A stretch of DNA of 64,000 bases, taken from a virus. Taxonomy: Duplodnaviria > Caudoviricetes. Below are positions 36,972 to 46,913 of the stretch, piece after piece; positions within the stretch are counted from its first letter, which is position 1; each line of letters starts with the position of its first letter. The notes under the pieces were generated by a model that saw nothing but the letters and a program-made list of their open reading frames with translations, had not been told where the DNA came from and searched no databases. The position numbers were made by a program, and so were the translations under genes. Location of the stretch: positions 128,001 through 192,000 of IMG/VR virus record IMGVR_UViG_3300032240_001498. One strand, given 5' to 3'.

Positions 36972-37361
36972 TTATTTTTTGTTGGCTTTGGCTTTACCAG
37001 CTTTCATATTTGCCTCCCAGTGCGCTAATTCTGCGGCACGACCACTGTGTTTTTTGGCAAATTTACGCAGATTGCTTACACTACTTTTTGTAGGCACATG
37101 ATATCGCTTGCTATCGCCTTTGTCTTCTGGATGACGACCATTTGCAAAGTTTTCGTCAACTTGTTTTTTGATCCAAGTATCAGGTGTTAGATTATGCTTG
37201 TCGACAAACATATCATGTAATTTTTGTCCAGAAATATCTGCATCTTTACAAATTTTCTGCATGAGTTTATCTATTGAGTCGTAACTATGGCTTGGTAATT
37301 TCTTAAGTCCTTTTTCAAGTTTAAGAACAACGTCTTCAGTTATAACTTCTAGAATTCTCAT
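36972..37361 (-). CDS. Putative capsid-internal protein
   Basis: N-terminus MRILEVITE resembles T4 capsid-targeting sequences; internal VDE|N; basic C-terminal module. Confidence 0.6.
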   Translation of the reverse strand: MRILEVITEDVVLKLEKGLKKLPSHSYDSIDKLMQKICKDADISGQKLHDMFVDKHNLTPDTWIKKQVDENFANGRHPEDKGDSKRYHVPTKSSVSNLRKFAKKHSGRAAELAHWEANMKAGKAKANKK

Positions 37362-38590
37362 TTGTCTAATTTTTTACCAAGCATGACTTCAAGATAGATG
37401 TCGTATGCATCTTCTTTCATCTTCTTTTTCTTCTTTGGATGTTTGATATGAGCCCAAGCCGCACCTTCTGCTTCTTCTTTGCTCATACCAGGATGTGCCT
37501 TCATCATGCTCTTGGTAATGTGCTTTGCCTGACGATCAACTTTGGCACCTTCCATCGTAGTTGAAGTATGCTTTAGTGTACCATGACGATGCTGATGTGT
37601 GATACCGGGAATAACTTCTTCATCGGTTTCTTCTTCTTTATCAACATCTTGTTCACCGTGTACTAGGAAGTCAAACACTGTTTCAATATAATCAGATGCT
37701 AGACTAATCTTAGTCTGCACCCACGCATCCAACTGTGTGCTAGAATCCATTTGTTCTGCTAATTTAATAGCCAATTTTGCCGCAGTGATTAACTGTTGCT
37801 TGGCCATTGCGCCTTCTGTATCTGTATTTTCAAACATATCGCCTACCTCATCTCCAATCTTTGCACCAGACATCGCGCCCGATGGAGTTTTAGTTATTAA
37901 TGCTCCTGCCGCACCGCCAACAACTGCACCTTTGATGCCTTCCACCACACCTTGCTCTTTCATTAAAGAACTACCACCGTGGTGTTTTTCAATATCTTGT
38001 TCCTTACCACTAATAGAGTAGTCCATAACACCTACAATTTTATCTGTAGCCTGAGCAATTTCACTTTGAACCCAGTCTGGTAAATCTTCTCCTCTACCAA
38101 TTGCATTGTCTAAATGTGTTACTACTCGTTTGATTGTATGCAATTGATTTTTAACAAAATCGCCCTCACCATCCGAATGATTATCGGGATCAATATTTTT
38201 TAATTGTGTATCTTTAACATTGCCTTTAAATTCTTCCGCCACACTTTCATTATGCACACATTTACGAACCCGCCCACCGTTTTTGCCTTTTTTTGTACCA
38301 ACAGCATGATGATTCGGCCAGCACTTGGTAAACCCATTGGCATCCTTTTGACCTTTTTTAATTTCATTGAGCATGTCTAATTGGGCTTGGAATTTTTCTT
38401 CCATTCCCTCAGCATAGTCTTTTTTATGTTTTGTATCGCCTTGTTTCATAGCTTTCTTCTTGTCCTTATGTGCGCCTGCGCCTGTATTGATTGCGTTCTT
38501 AGCAACAAAGTTACGTGGCTTGGGTGGTTCTATTGAAGCAACCTTTTGTTTATGACGGACCTTGAATCCTCTTTTGCCTTCGTTTATCAT
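37358..38590 (-). CDS. Putative capsid-internal modular protein with duplicated D.EG...QL...WVQ..I..A.DY domain
   Basis: MINE|G start; many [ILVM]xE sites; two copies of a ~55-aa helical domain; CW...G.KK...CV module. Confidence 0.6.
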   Translation of the reverse strand: MINEGKRGFKVRHKQKVASIEPPKPRNFVAKNAINTGAGAHKDKKKAMKQGDTKHKKDYAEGMEEKFQAQLDMLNEIKKGQKDANGFTKCWPNHHAVGTKKGKNGGRVRKCVHNESVAEEFKGNVKDTQLKNIDPDNHSDGEGDFVKNQLHTIKRVVTHLDNAIGRGEDLPDWVQSEIAQATDKIVGVMDYSISGKEQDIEKHHGGSSLMKEQGVVEGIKGAVVGGAAGALITKTPSGAMSGAKIGDEVGDMFENTDTEGAMAKQQLITAAKLAIKLAEQMDSSTQLDAWVQTKISLASDYIETVFDFLVHGEQDVDKEEETDEEVIPGITHQHRHGTLKHTSTTMEGAKVDRQAKHITKSMMKAHPGMSKEEAEGAAWAHIKHPKKKKKMKEDAYDIYLEVMLGKKLDK

Positions 38591-39225
38591 ACGACTAAAT
38601 TATTCCCATCTAATGCATTTGTGCTGGGCTTTTGTTTTTTAGCCGCAGGCTGTTTTGGTGATTTCTTACCAGTACCAGAAGTCATGCTACCTGTGTAACT
38701 TTTATTGAACGCCCTGCGTTGTAGCTGATGACCAACACTACCACCACTAATTGAACCTACACCAACAACTGCTGTAGCTGATTCTTTAATACGTTTTCCG
38801 TCTTTATCATACTTGCCGGATTTTTTCTTGGCAATAGCAATAGCGGCCTGTTGTGCTCCGCCTTCTGCTATTTGTTGTTGTGTCATCTCTGCAATCATCT
38901 GTTCTCCGCGGGCAATCATGTCTGCCATTTCTTCAATGCTTTCACAATGCCAACGGCGTAAGGCCAATGCCTTTGGAGTAGGTTCACCATTGGGCTTCTT
39001 CATAGGCCCTTTGTTGCCACCCATTCTAGCACAGAATGATTTACGGCGGTTGGCAGCTTTACTGCCCTTCTTTAACTTGCTAGGCTTGGTAGTAACCGCA
39101 GTCTTTAATTTACTGCCAGGATGTTCTCTACGATAAGCGTTTACAGCCTTTTGACTTAGGCCATTTGTCTTGTCGTGATGATTGACTTTGTTCCAATCTT
39201 CTGCAATTAGTTCTGCGATTTTCAT
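38587..39225 (-). CDS. Putative capsid-internal protein (DUF6321-like module)
   Basis: Start moved to MKIAELIAE (ATGA overlap); RRKSFCARM...ALALRRWHC module. Confidence 0.6.
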   Translation of the reverse strand: MKIAELIAEDWNKVNHHDKTNGLSQKAVNAYRREHPGSKLKTAVTTKPSKLKKGSKAANRRKSFCARMGGNKGPMKKPNGEPTPKALALRRWHCESIEEMADMIARGEQMIAEMTQQQIAEGGAQQAAIAIAKKKSGKYDKDGKRIKESATAVVGVGSISGGSVGHQLQRRAFNKSYTGSMTSGTGKKSPKQPAAKKQKPSTNALDGNNLVV

Positions 39226-39518
39226 TCTTTTTTCTCTCCAGTCATGTATGGAAGACTGAACCATAACTTAAACCACTCAGGAGTTCCTGGTTGTATATTT
39301 TGTTCACGCATAATACGTGCATTCTCTGCGGCAGTAACACTTATGTTGCTACCTTGTTTTAAACTGTTCTTGTACTCTGCTAAACGTTCTTGTCCGCCTA
39401 GCCCACCTAGAAATTGTAAACGTCGGATTTCTTGTGCAGGATCATCTGGTGCTAGATATGTATCACTATCTTCTTCGATAGGTGCTATATCTGCGGATGT
39501 TATTCTGTACTGTTTCAT
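39222..39518 (-). CDS. Hypothetical protein
   Basis: 98 aa, C-terminal PGTPEWFKLWF. Confidence 0.7.
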   Translation of the reverse strand: MKQYRITSADIAPIEEDSDTYLAPDDPAQEIRRLQFLGGLGGQERLAEYKNSLKQGSNISVTAAENARIMREQNIQPGTPEWFKLWFSLPYMTGEKKE

Positions 39519-42500
39519 TTACGTTCTAATAATTTAATGTAGCCAGCTAACAAGTTTTCAACGTCTTCGCTGACTGGTACACAGTTATTTACACGTTTTG
39601 CTTCGTGTGTCGCATTACGTTCCGGACTATCTTGCATACCTACTCCAGCCATTGTTTCTGCTGGTACTTTTTGCTTGGGCAACTTAACTGGTTGTGCGGC
39701 ATCTGGATGAATACCTTTTTTAGCAGGAGCGCCTATACCCATACCTTTGCGGGTCAATTCCATTAATCTCATGATCCATTCCCTGCCTAATTTTTTAACA
39801 TCAAAACCTTGAGCCCATACAGCATATTGTTGCTCCGGAGTAGCATTAGGATCTTTTAATATATTTCGTAAATCAGTAAAACTTACACCAGTGCCACCGG
39901 CTTCGGCAGATCGTTCAGTAACATCAGGAGTGACCTTGACATGTTCATAACCTTGAAACTTATTAACAGCTTTCATTAATGCAGTCGACATGTCGTTGGC
40001 CATCTTTGCTCTATCTTTGCCAACCATGATTATAATATTTTCATAGCGGGGAGGCTGTCCTTTTAACGGATTAATCAACTCGTGTTTGACCTTTTGTAAC
40101 AAGGTACCTCCTTCCATGGTAGCACTAATATTCTTAGCGTACTCGGGATATAGTCTATGCCATGTTTGTACTTTAACAGCTGGAGGAATAGGATCATTCG
40201 GGCCTTCTGCATTACCAATAAACAAATACGGATCACCACCTACCTGCGCGGCCTTCTTGATAGTATAATCAAATAACTGTTCGTGCCCTACGTGTCCAAC
40301 AAAGCTACCAATGGCAACTACTGCTGTTTTGTTTTCTCCACGAGGGCGTTCTGTACGAGCATTTGTCTTAGCATCTTGTTTTGCTTGAATAACATTACGT
40401 TGTTCTTGACTTGTGATCTTAATAGGACCGAGACGACTGTTAATAACAATGCCCTCGTAGTCCTTGCCTAATAGATCCTTGCCGATAATATTAGGATCAT
40501 TGATGATTGCCTTTTCTAATTCAAGTTTGACCGGCTCAAGTGCGGCTTTGACCTCTGCGGCTTGATCACGCTTCTTGCTATCCAGCATGGCCTTGAACTG
40601 TTTGATGTTTTTTAGTGGCGGAACAATAGCTGTAACATCTAATGCTTTTTTCTGTGTTAGGCTGTTGTCGATAAACATGACACTACCCTGTTGCTTTAGA
40701 CTGGTTAACTGTTTGACAATATCGGCAGAGTCTGGCAAATCTTCACCAGTAGTAGCGTCGGTGACTCGGAATGGCACAAATGCTATCTTTACACCCTTGG
40801 GTAATTTATCATAGTGTATGCCTACGAATACCAGTTTACCTTCCTTAGTTTCTTTTGCAAAGTTTATATCTAACACTTCGCAGGTAACTTGTTTATTGAC
40901 TAAGAATTCTTTACCCAGCTGTTGATCGATAATTTTTATAGCGACCATGTAGTCATTAAACTGCTCGTCAAATTTCTCGCTCATGGCCACGCTTTCTGGG
41001 CCCATAAAGTCTAGCACTTCTTTATCGGTAATTGACTTTAGTTCTGGATCGTTATCATCTATGCTGTTTGGATCTTCAATACCTTTTTGCTTAGCCAGTA
41101 AGCGTTTCCTAAACCTAGCAATATTGCCTTTTAAGAATCCGCCTGCATATCTTGGTTCAGTGCGACTGGTACCCATGAAAGGTCTGCCTTCGGCATTCTT
41201 ACCAAAGCGTCCGCCCATACCATCTACTTTAACATTTAAAGGAATATTTTTTAATTGAAATTGATCATTACCCTGATGCAGTTCATCTAGTAGGTCCAAA
41301 AAATCTGCACTCTTTAGGTCTTTTAGATGTGGCATGCCTTTTCGCAACTGAGATTTTACTGCCGGCTGTTCTTCGGCTTCGTTAACTGGTGTTGATTGTT
41401 TTGCGGCTTTCTTATTAGTAAATGCTTGCTCGTATGCCATTGCGGTATTAATGGCTTCTTTTCTTAATCCTCGTGCGTTCGGTAACTTCAGATGCTCTAC
41501 CATGTAATCAATGGCGGCCATCTTGGTATCGCGATCTCTAACAGGATCGTTTTTTGTAATCATTTGTGAGCCGGGCTCGAAGCATATACTTACAAAACGA
41601 CGGAACAGTTCCGTGCGTTGATTGTCGTCTAGATATTTTGTAGCGAGTTGTACAGTTCCAATGAAACTGTTCTTAAGTTGTTGATCTTGTTTATTTGGTT
41701 TCTGCCCAAAGAAGATTTCAAATTGTTGAGCTAGATTTTTAATATACTGTCTACTATCTGTTGGTAATAGTTGCATTACTGGTATACCGTCTTTTTCCAT
41801 AGGCTCGCCAGTATTAGGGTCATTGTAAGGAATATATTTCTGACTTACTCCACCACCACCTTGACCACTGACTGCAAAACTGTAGTCGCTGTCCGTAACC
41901 GGCTCGTCGCTGATTTTTGTACCCTTCTTCAATACACGAGCAACATACTTGGTGCTTACATTTGCGGCATACGGTAAAGCACGATCGATATACTTATGGA
42001 ATACACCTTTAATACCAGCAGACAAATCTTCCCATGCACTACTATGACTGTAGTCTTGCCACGGTGTTGGTAGCCCAGTCTTTGCATCGTGTTCGCCGTA
42101 TTCAAAATCAATCTGTAATTTAACCGGCAAGTCATTTAATGTAACTTGCCACATACTTGAATATTGATTATTACCTGGACTAAATCCGATAAAAACAGTA
42201 TTGCCAACTTTTTTACCAATTAATCCTGTTAAGAATTGTTTAATAGTTTCTTCATGTTTGTCTGGAGCCTGCGTATCAATATCACCTACTTTAGGTTTAA
42301 CGCGAACAAATTCTTCATCGGGAATTTTTTTATCAAAGAATTTTGCAGTACTACCGCTTAGGAACTTTTGTGCCGCCACAGAATTTTCATGCCAAAGGGG
42401 TTCTTTAAATCGTTGTGCAAATAAATCGTTAATATTATGCAACAAATCGGACAATACTTGTACTACATATGAACGATCGTGTACTCGTAGATCTAACTCT

Positions 42501-42625
42501 TGTGCTTGGTGTTGTCCCGGGATACCTTGCCAACCAGGCATAGGAGTACCATCGTCTTTATGACTGGATTGATTGCCGCCTTCTGACAAGAGGCGCGGTC
42601 TAGAAAATAACTCTAGTAATTTCAT
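39515..42625 (-). CDS. Multidomain protein: Pol-beta-type NTase + ligase-type (KxDG) NTase + HxGH NTase, with capsid-targeting-like N-terminus
   Basis: LSGS...GDID...QIDF; VKVDG...TCEV...EGIVI...IKI; GSFVGHVGH; LSE|GG and VNE|A candidate cleavage sites. Confidence 0.7.
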   Translation of the reverse strand: MKLLELFSRPRLLSEGGNQSSHKDDGTPMPGWQGIPGQHQAQELDLRVHDRSYVVQVLSDLLHNINDLFAQRFKEPLWHENSVAAQKFLSGSTAKFFDKKIPDEEFVRVKPKVGDIDTQAPDKHEETIKQFLTGLIGKKVGNTVFIGFSPGNNQYSSMWQVTLNDLPVKLQIDFEYGEHDAKTGLPTPWQDYSHSSAWEDLSAGIKGVFHKYIDRALPYAANVSTKYVARVLKKGTKISDEPVTDSDYSFAVSGQGGGGVSQKYIPYNDPNTGEPMEKDGIPVMQLLPTDSRQYIKNLAQQFEIFFGQKPNKQDQQLKNSFIGTVQLATKYLDDNQRTELFRRFVSICFEPGSQMITKNDPVRDRDTKMAAIDYMVEHLKLPNARGLRKEAINTAMAYEQAFTNKKAAKQSTPVNEAEEQPAVKSQLRKGMPHLKDLKSADFLDLLDELHQGNDQFQLKNIPLNVKVDGMGGRFGKNAEGRPFMGTSRTEPRYAGGFLKGNIARFRKRLLAKQKGIEDPNSIDDNDPELKSITDKEVLDFMGPESVAMSEKFDEQFNDYMVAIKIIDQQLGKEFLVNKQVTCEVLDINFAKETKEGKLVFVGIHYDKLPKGVKIAFVPFRVTDATTGEDLPDSADIVKQLTSLKQQGSVMFIDNSLTQKKALDVTAIVPPLKNIKQFKAMLDSKKRDQAAEVKAALEPVKLELEKAIINDPNIIGKDLLGKDYEGIVINSRLGPIKITSQEQRNVIQAKQDAKTNARTERPRGENKTAVVAIGSFVGHVGHEQLFDYTIKKAAQVGGDPYLFIGNAEGPNDPIPPAVKVQTWHRLYPEYAKNISATMEGGTLLQKVKHELINPLKGQPPRYENIIIMVGKDRAKMANDMSTALMKAVNKFQGYEHVKVTPDVTERSAEAGGTGVSFTDLRNILKDPNATPEQQYAVWAQGFDVKKLGREWIMRLMELTRKGMGIGAPAKKGIHPDAAQPVKLPKQKVPAETMAGVGMQDSPERNATHEAKRVNNCVPVSEDVENLLAGYIKLLERK

Positions 42626-42993
42626 GGACGGTATTCGCCTTTCTTAATATCTTTGCGATAGTGATCGTCTAGCATGTTGCATAGTTCTTCACACATCTCT
42701 TTGTTGAATACTTCTTGGGGGTGTTGTAGCATTTTGTTGGCATTATGGAATTCCATACAGCCTTTCTTAACCATTGGCATCCATACATTTGCTGTTGAAT
42801 CGTCGGTCATCTGTTCTGCAATATCATGGAACTGTTTACGATGGATATCGTCATGATCTAGAATATAAAAGAACAACTCGTTCTTAAATTGGTCTTTTTC
42901 TTCAAGACTCATTGTATACTTTTCGTCTGCTGTCTTGTCTTTGTTCTGATCAGAGTTGACATTAAGGTGGCTAAAAAATTCGTATAGTTTCAT
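42622..42993 (-). CDS. Putative capsid-internal/hypothetical protein
   Basis: N-terminus MKLYEFF resembles T4 internal-protein targeting sequence. Confidence 0.6.
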   Translation of the reverse strand: MKLYEFFSHLNVNSDQNKDKTADEKYTMSLEEKDQFKNELFFYILDHDDIHRKQFHDIAEQMTDDSTANVWMPMVKKGCMEFHNANKMLQHPQEVFNKEMCEELCNMLDDHYRKDIKKGEYRP

Positions 42994-42995
42994 GA

Positions 42996-43442
42996 TTAAA
43001 AATTATAGTTAATAGCCAATAGTGCGCCTTGGCTGATATTGACATTTGCACGTACCCAAGTAAAGTTACCTACAAAGGTTAATGCTACTGTTGAAGTTGT
43101 TTGTAAATTCTGATTATAAAGATACGTTTTTGCTGTATCTTTGACAGGAAACCAGTCAGTTTCTATAGGGTTTGAGGCTAATGTGGCCTGCATAGTAACT
43201 GTGCCTACATAATCTTGTGTTGTCTTGTATGTAACGGTGTGCAATCCGCTACTGATTCCATAATACCCGCAACCTTTTTCTTTGTTGCTAGGGAATGTTA
43301 GAACATTATATGGGGGATTAAATGTGCTTTGATTGTGATAATATGCTGGCATACTTAACACGCTGGTCGTTGTTAAGACCGCTGTAGTACCAGTAGTATA
43401 GATATCTGTATAGAAACTTAGAGTTGTGCTTTGTGCCGGCAT
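42996..43442 (-). CDS. Putative virion structural protein
   Basis: Beta-rich 148 aa, first gene after a TAAATA promoter, AAGGA SD. Confidence 0.55.
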   Translation of the reverse strand: MPAQSTTLSFYTDIYTTGTTAVLTTTSVLSMPAYYHNQSTFNPPYNVLTFPSNKEKGCGYYGISSGLHTVTYKTTQDYVGTVTMQATLASNPIETDWFPVKDTAKTYLYNQNLQTTSTVALTFVGNFTWVRANVNISQGALLAINYNF

Positions 43443-43457
43443 AGTTTTTCCTTACGC

Positions 43458-43474
43458 CCTGTATTTATTACAGG
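43458..43474 (-). promoter_or_regulatory. Late-type promoter (TAAATA) inside a 6-bp inverted repeat
   Basis: CCTGTA-ATAAA-TACAGG; TAAATA at 43462-43467. Confidence 0.55.
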
Positions 43475-44157
43475 AGCAAGGTAGACCTGGGAACAAATTC
43501 TTCTATTTTCTGTATATATTCGCCTACAACCAAGCTCATCATAGTTAAAAACTTAGCGTTAGATACATAACAGAAGGGGTTTGCAACGTACTGTTTTGTA
43601 CCTATCATAAACCCTTCTGTACTTCTACCTATTTTAACAGTATCTTCGTCATATTTAGAAATCCAGCTCCAGAATTGCAAACGCTTATCACGTGGTATCT
43701 TTTCTTTAAAGCATACCTTGTGTGTGTATTTGCCGTAGGGAATAGCATCGCAGATGACCTTGTTTCTGTTGTTAACAAGAAACTCGGCTTCTTCGGGATT
43801 TTCTGGACTGTATATATAGGTGATACACCAAGCTAGAGCTTGTTCTAGCTCATCAACCAGAGACGCATCATTTGTATAGAAGTTAAAGGTACTGCCCTCT
43901 GCTCTGATCTTAATCTCTTTATCGAGGAATGGTTCTACAGCATCTACAAATTTGAGTAAACGCTCTTTTTTGATAGTCTCAAAATGAGTTCTAAAACTTA
44001 CCTTTGGGGGTTTATAGAATTGATCATCAGTGCAGAACTTTTTAACCCATTCTATACCGCGCAGACGTATAAGATTTGACCCTTGTACAGAGCACTCAAT
44101 CTTATACGGCCATTTGCCAAAGAATAGTTTATTCGTTGACAGTTTCTGCATCTTCAA
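43468..44157 (-). CDS. Hypothetical protein
   Basis: 229 aa, overlaps the clpA end by 29 nt. Confidence 0.75.
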   Translation of the reverse strand: MKMQKLSTNKLFFGKWPYKIECSVQGSNLIRLRGIEWVKKFCTDDQFYKPPKVSFRTHFETIKKERLLKFVDAVEPFLDKEIKIRAEGSTFNFYTNDASLVDELEQALAWCITYIYSPENPEEAEFLVNNRNKVICDAIPYGKYTHKVCFKEKIPRDKRLQFWSWISKYDEDTVKIGRSTEGFMIGTKQYVANPFCYVSNAKFLTMMSLVVGEYIQKIEEFVPRSTLLL

Positions 44158-46408
44158 CTTCTGGAGTATTCTTAACAGCTACGGGTAGTATTTCTACCAA
44201 GTCAAATACAAACTTGTCCTTGTCCATGGTTAGATTAATAACACCACCGTTAGTTAACTTGCCAAACAGGATCTCACGTGATAGGGGCTTCTTGATCTCG
44301 TCTTCAATAACTCTAAACAATGGGCGAGCACCCATCTTAGTATTGAATCCTTTCTTAACCAAGTACTCTAATGCGCTGGTATCTGGTTTAACATGGATAT
44401 TCTTATCTTTAACTAATGCGTTAAGTTCGTCAATAAACTTCTTAACAATCTTAATCATTGTTTCATGACTTAGTTTGCTGAATTGAATAATGCCGTCTAA
44501 GCGATTGCGGAATTCAGGAGCAAAGAATCTATTAACAGCATCTTTGTTGTCATATTCTTTCTCCATCTTACCAAAGCCAATACCGTTTTTCTCAGCATCA
44601 CTTGCACCTAGGTTACTGGTTAAGATAACAATAGCCTGACGTGCATCTGCTTTCTTACCGTTGCTACCTGTAACAAACCCATTGTCCATAAGTTGCAATA
44701 GGATATTGCTAACGCTTGGGTGTGCTTTTTCAATCTCGTCTAGCAACAGGATACAGTTTGGATGTTCTTGTAGTTTAGTAATCAATTGTCCGGCATTATC
44801 TTCAAAGCCAACATAGCCGGGAGGGGCACCAATCAACTTGGCAACGGAATGTTGTTCTTGGTATTCACTCATATCAAAGCGAACCATTTGCACACCCATT
44901 TGCTCTGCAAGTACTTTAGCAGTTTCTGTCTTGCCACAACCTGTTGGACCAACAAACAAGAAACTACCAATGGGTTTGTTAATTGCTTTAAGACCAGCTT
45001 GGCTAATGTAAATTTTGTCTAACAAGATATCAATTGCTTTTTCTTGGCCAAACACCTTGTTACGCATGTTCTTATCAAGCTCTTTAAGATTCTTATTTTC
45101 CTTGCTAGACACCTGTTCTAAAGGCAAGCCAGTAATCTTAGCTACTTCAAAAACAATTTCATCATGATCGACAATACCACCATCTTCGTCACGTACCTTA
45201 AAGCGGGCACACGCACAGTCAATTAGGTCAATGGCCTTGTCTGGCAATTTACGATCGCTAATATATTTGGTTGAATACTTAACTGAATCGACAATGGCTT
45301 GAGTTGTAATCTTAACATTGTGATGTTTTTCGTAATACTTCTTAAGACCCTTCATGATCTTAATAGCAGTTGCTTCATTTGGCTCGTCAACTGTTACACG
45401 CTGGAATCGACGCATTAGCGCACGATCCTTCTCAAAGTGCTTGCGATATTCTTCCCAAGTAGTAGAAGCAATAACCTTTAGAGTACCTTTGCCCAATGCT
45501 GGCTTTAACATATTGGCCATGTCGTTTGATCCGCCACTTACTGCACCTGCACCGTTCATCATGTGTGCTTCGTCGATGAACAGAATAGTGTTCTTTTTAC
45601 GTTCAAGTGCATGGATAACCATCTTCAAGCGTTCTTCAAAGTCTCCACGATACTTAGATCCGGCAAGCATGGCACTAATATCTAGTGAGTATACAACGTG
45701 ATCTTTGATATACTTAGGTACTGTACCTGCTAGGATCTTGTTAGCAAGTCCTTCTGCAATAGCAGTCTTACCCACGCCTGGATCACCGATCATCATTACG
45801 TTTGATTTTGTACGACGGGCAAGAATAAGTTGAATTTCTTCAATTTCTTTTTCACGACCAATAACTGGATCGATCTTTTTCTCTTTAGCACGTTTGCTAA
45901 GATTCACACAATATTGTGCCAACATCTTTTCTAGTTGTGGGCTGGCACCTTCTTTGCCCTCTATAACTTCAGATTCTTCAGCTTCGTTGTTTAGATATTC
46001 AATGAACTTGTCTTTGTCAATCTTAGACTTACGAATCACATAAGCGGCATAACTTTTCTTTTCTGAGAACATGCTCAAAAAACAGTCCATTGGTTCAATA
46101 GTACTTCTACCGCCAAACAATACCTGTGTAAATGCTCTGTTAAGCATACGTTCCATTGCATGGGTTTTTTTAGGTTTTTGTCCATCCACTGATGCAATAG
46201 AAGATAATTCAGTTGTTACATATTCTGTAATGTCCGTCTTTAGCTGATTAGTATCAGCACCAAAGTCTGATAGTTTTTTATCAAATTTTTCATCTAACAA
46301 CAAACCGTATAGGAAATGTTCTAGGGTGATATATTCGTGTTTATGACTCATCGCAAGATGAACAGCACGTTCAAAAATACGTTCTAGGTCTTGATTAGGT
46401 TCAAGCAT
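44129..46408 (-). CDS. clpA: ATP-dependent Clp protease ATP-binding subunit ClpA-like
   Basis: Clp N domain, GDPGVGKT/FIDEAH, GPTGCGKT/LLDEIEK, GAPPGYVG, IGF ClpP-docking loop. Confidence 0.92.
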   Translation of the reverse strand: MLEPNQDLERIFERAVHLAMSHKHEYITLEHFLYGLLLDEKFDKKLSDFGADTNQLKTDITEYVTTELSSIASVDGQKPKKTHAMERMLNRAFTQVLFGGRSTIEPMDCFLSMFSEKKSYAAYVIRKSKIDKDKFIEYLNNEAEESEVIEGKEGASPQLEKMLAQYCVNLSKRAKEKKIDPVIGREKEIEEIQLILARRTKSNVMMIGDPGVGKTAIAEGLANKILAGTVPKYIKDHVVYSLDISAMLAGSKYRGDFEERLKMVIHALERKKNTILFIDEAHMMNGAGAVSGGSNDMANMLKPALGKGTLKVIASTTWEEYRKHFEKDRALMRRFQRVTVDEPNEATAIKIMKGLKKYYEKHHNVKITTQAIVDSVKYSTKYISDRKLPDKAIDLIDCACARFKVRDEDGGIVDHDEIVFEVAKITGLPLEQVSSKENKNLKELDKNMRNKVFGQEKAIDILLDKIYISQAGLKAINKPIGSFLFVGPTGCGKTETAKVLAEQMGVQMVRFDMSEYQEQHSVAKLIGAPPGYVGFEDNAGQLITKLQEHPNCILLLDEIEKAHPSVSNILLQLMDNGFVTGSNGKKADARQAIVILTSNLGASDAEKNGIGFGKMEKEYDNKDAVNRFFAPEFRNRLDGIIQFSKLSHETMIKIVKKFIDELNALVKDKNIHVKPDTSALEYLVKKGFNTKMGARPLFRVIEDEIKKPLSREILFGKLTNGGVINLTMDKDKFVFDLVEILPVAVKNTPEVEDAETVNE

Positions 46409-46913
46409 TAAATTTCCTTCTATTTGATTTTAATTTTTTAAGCGCCATTGCCCATTTTAACTGGCTGACACGATCTGAAAACACAACCCCTTCGAGATGG
46501 TCCAACTCATGCAAAAATACCTTGCACATGTAACCGTCAAACTCACCTTCCATTGGCTCCCCGCTACTATTTTGCCAACTGACCTTAATAGCTTTAGGCC
46601 TCTTTATATTAACATATATTCCGGGAAAACTCAAACATCCTTCTTCCAAATCAGCTATATCTTTTGTGTTAGCTGTTACAATTGGATTAAAAAATACAGT
46701 AGCATTTTCTGGAATACGTGGATCGCCCATTGCAAACGCTCGAGTCTCTACTCCTGCTTGATTAGCCGCAAGCCCAATACCGCCGTTGGCAAACATGGTT
46801 TCAATTAAATTCTTTTCTAATTCTTTTGGATCGACTACTGGATTAGCAAAATCAAAATCAGGCATTTTACTTCGTAGTATCGGGTTTGGAAATTTAATAA
46901 TTTGTAGTATCAT
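46401..46913 (-). CDS. def: Peptide deformylase
   Basis: GIGLAANQ, EGCLS, HELDH. Confidence 0.95.
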   Translation of the reverse strand: MILQIIKFPNPILRSKMPDFDFANPVVDPKELEKNLIETMFANGGIGLAANQAGVETRAFAMGDPRIPENATVFFNPIVTANTKDIADLEEGCLSFPGIYVNIKRPKAIKVSWQNSSGEPMEGEFDGYMCKVFLHELDHLEGVVFSDRVSQLKWAMALKKLKSNRRKFNA

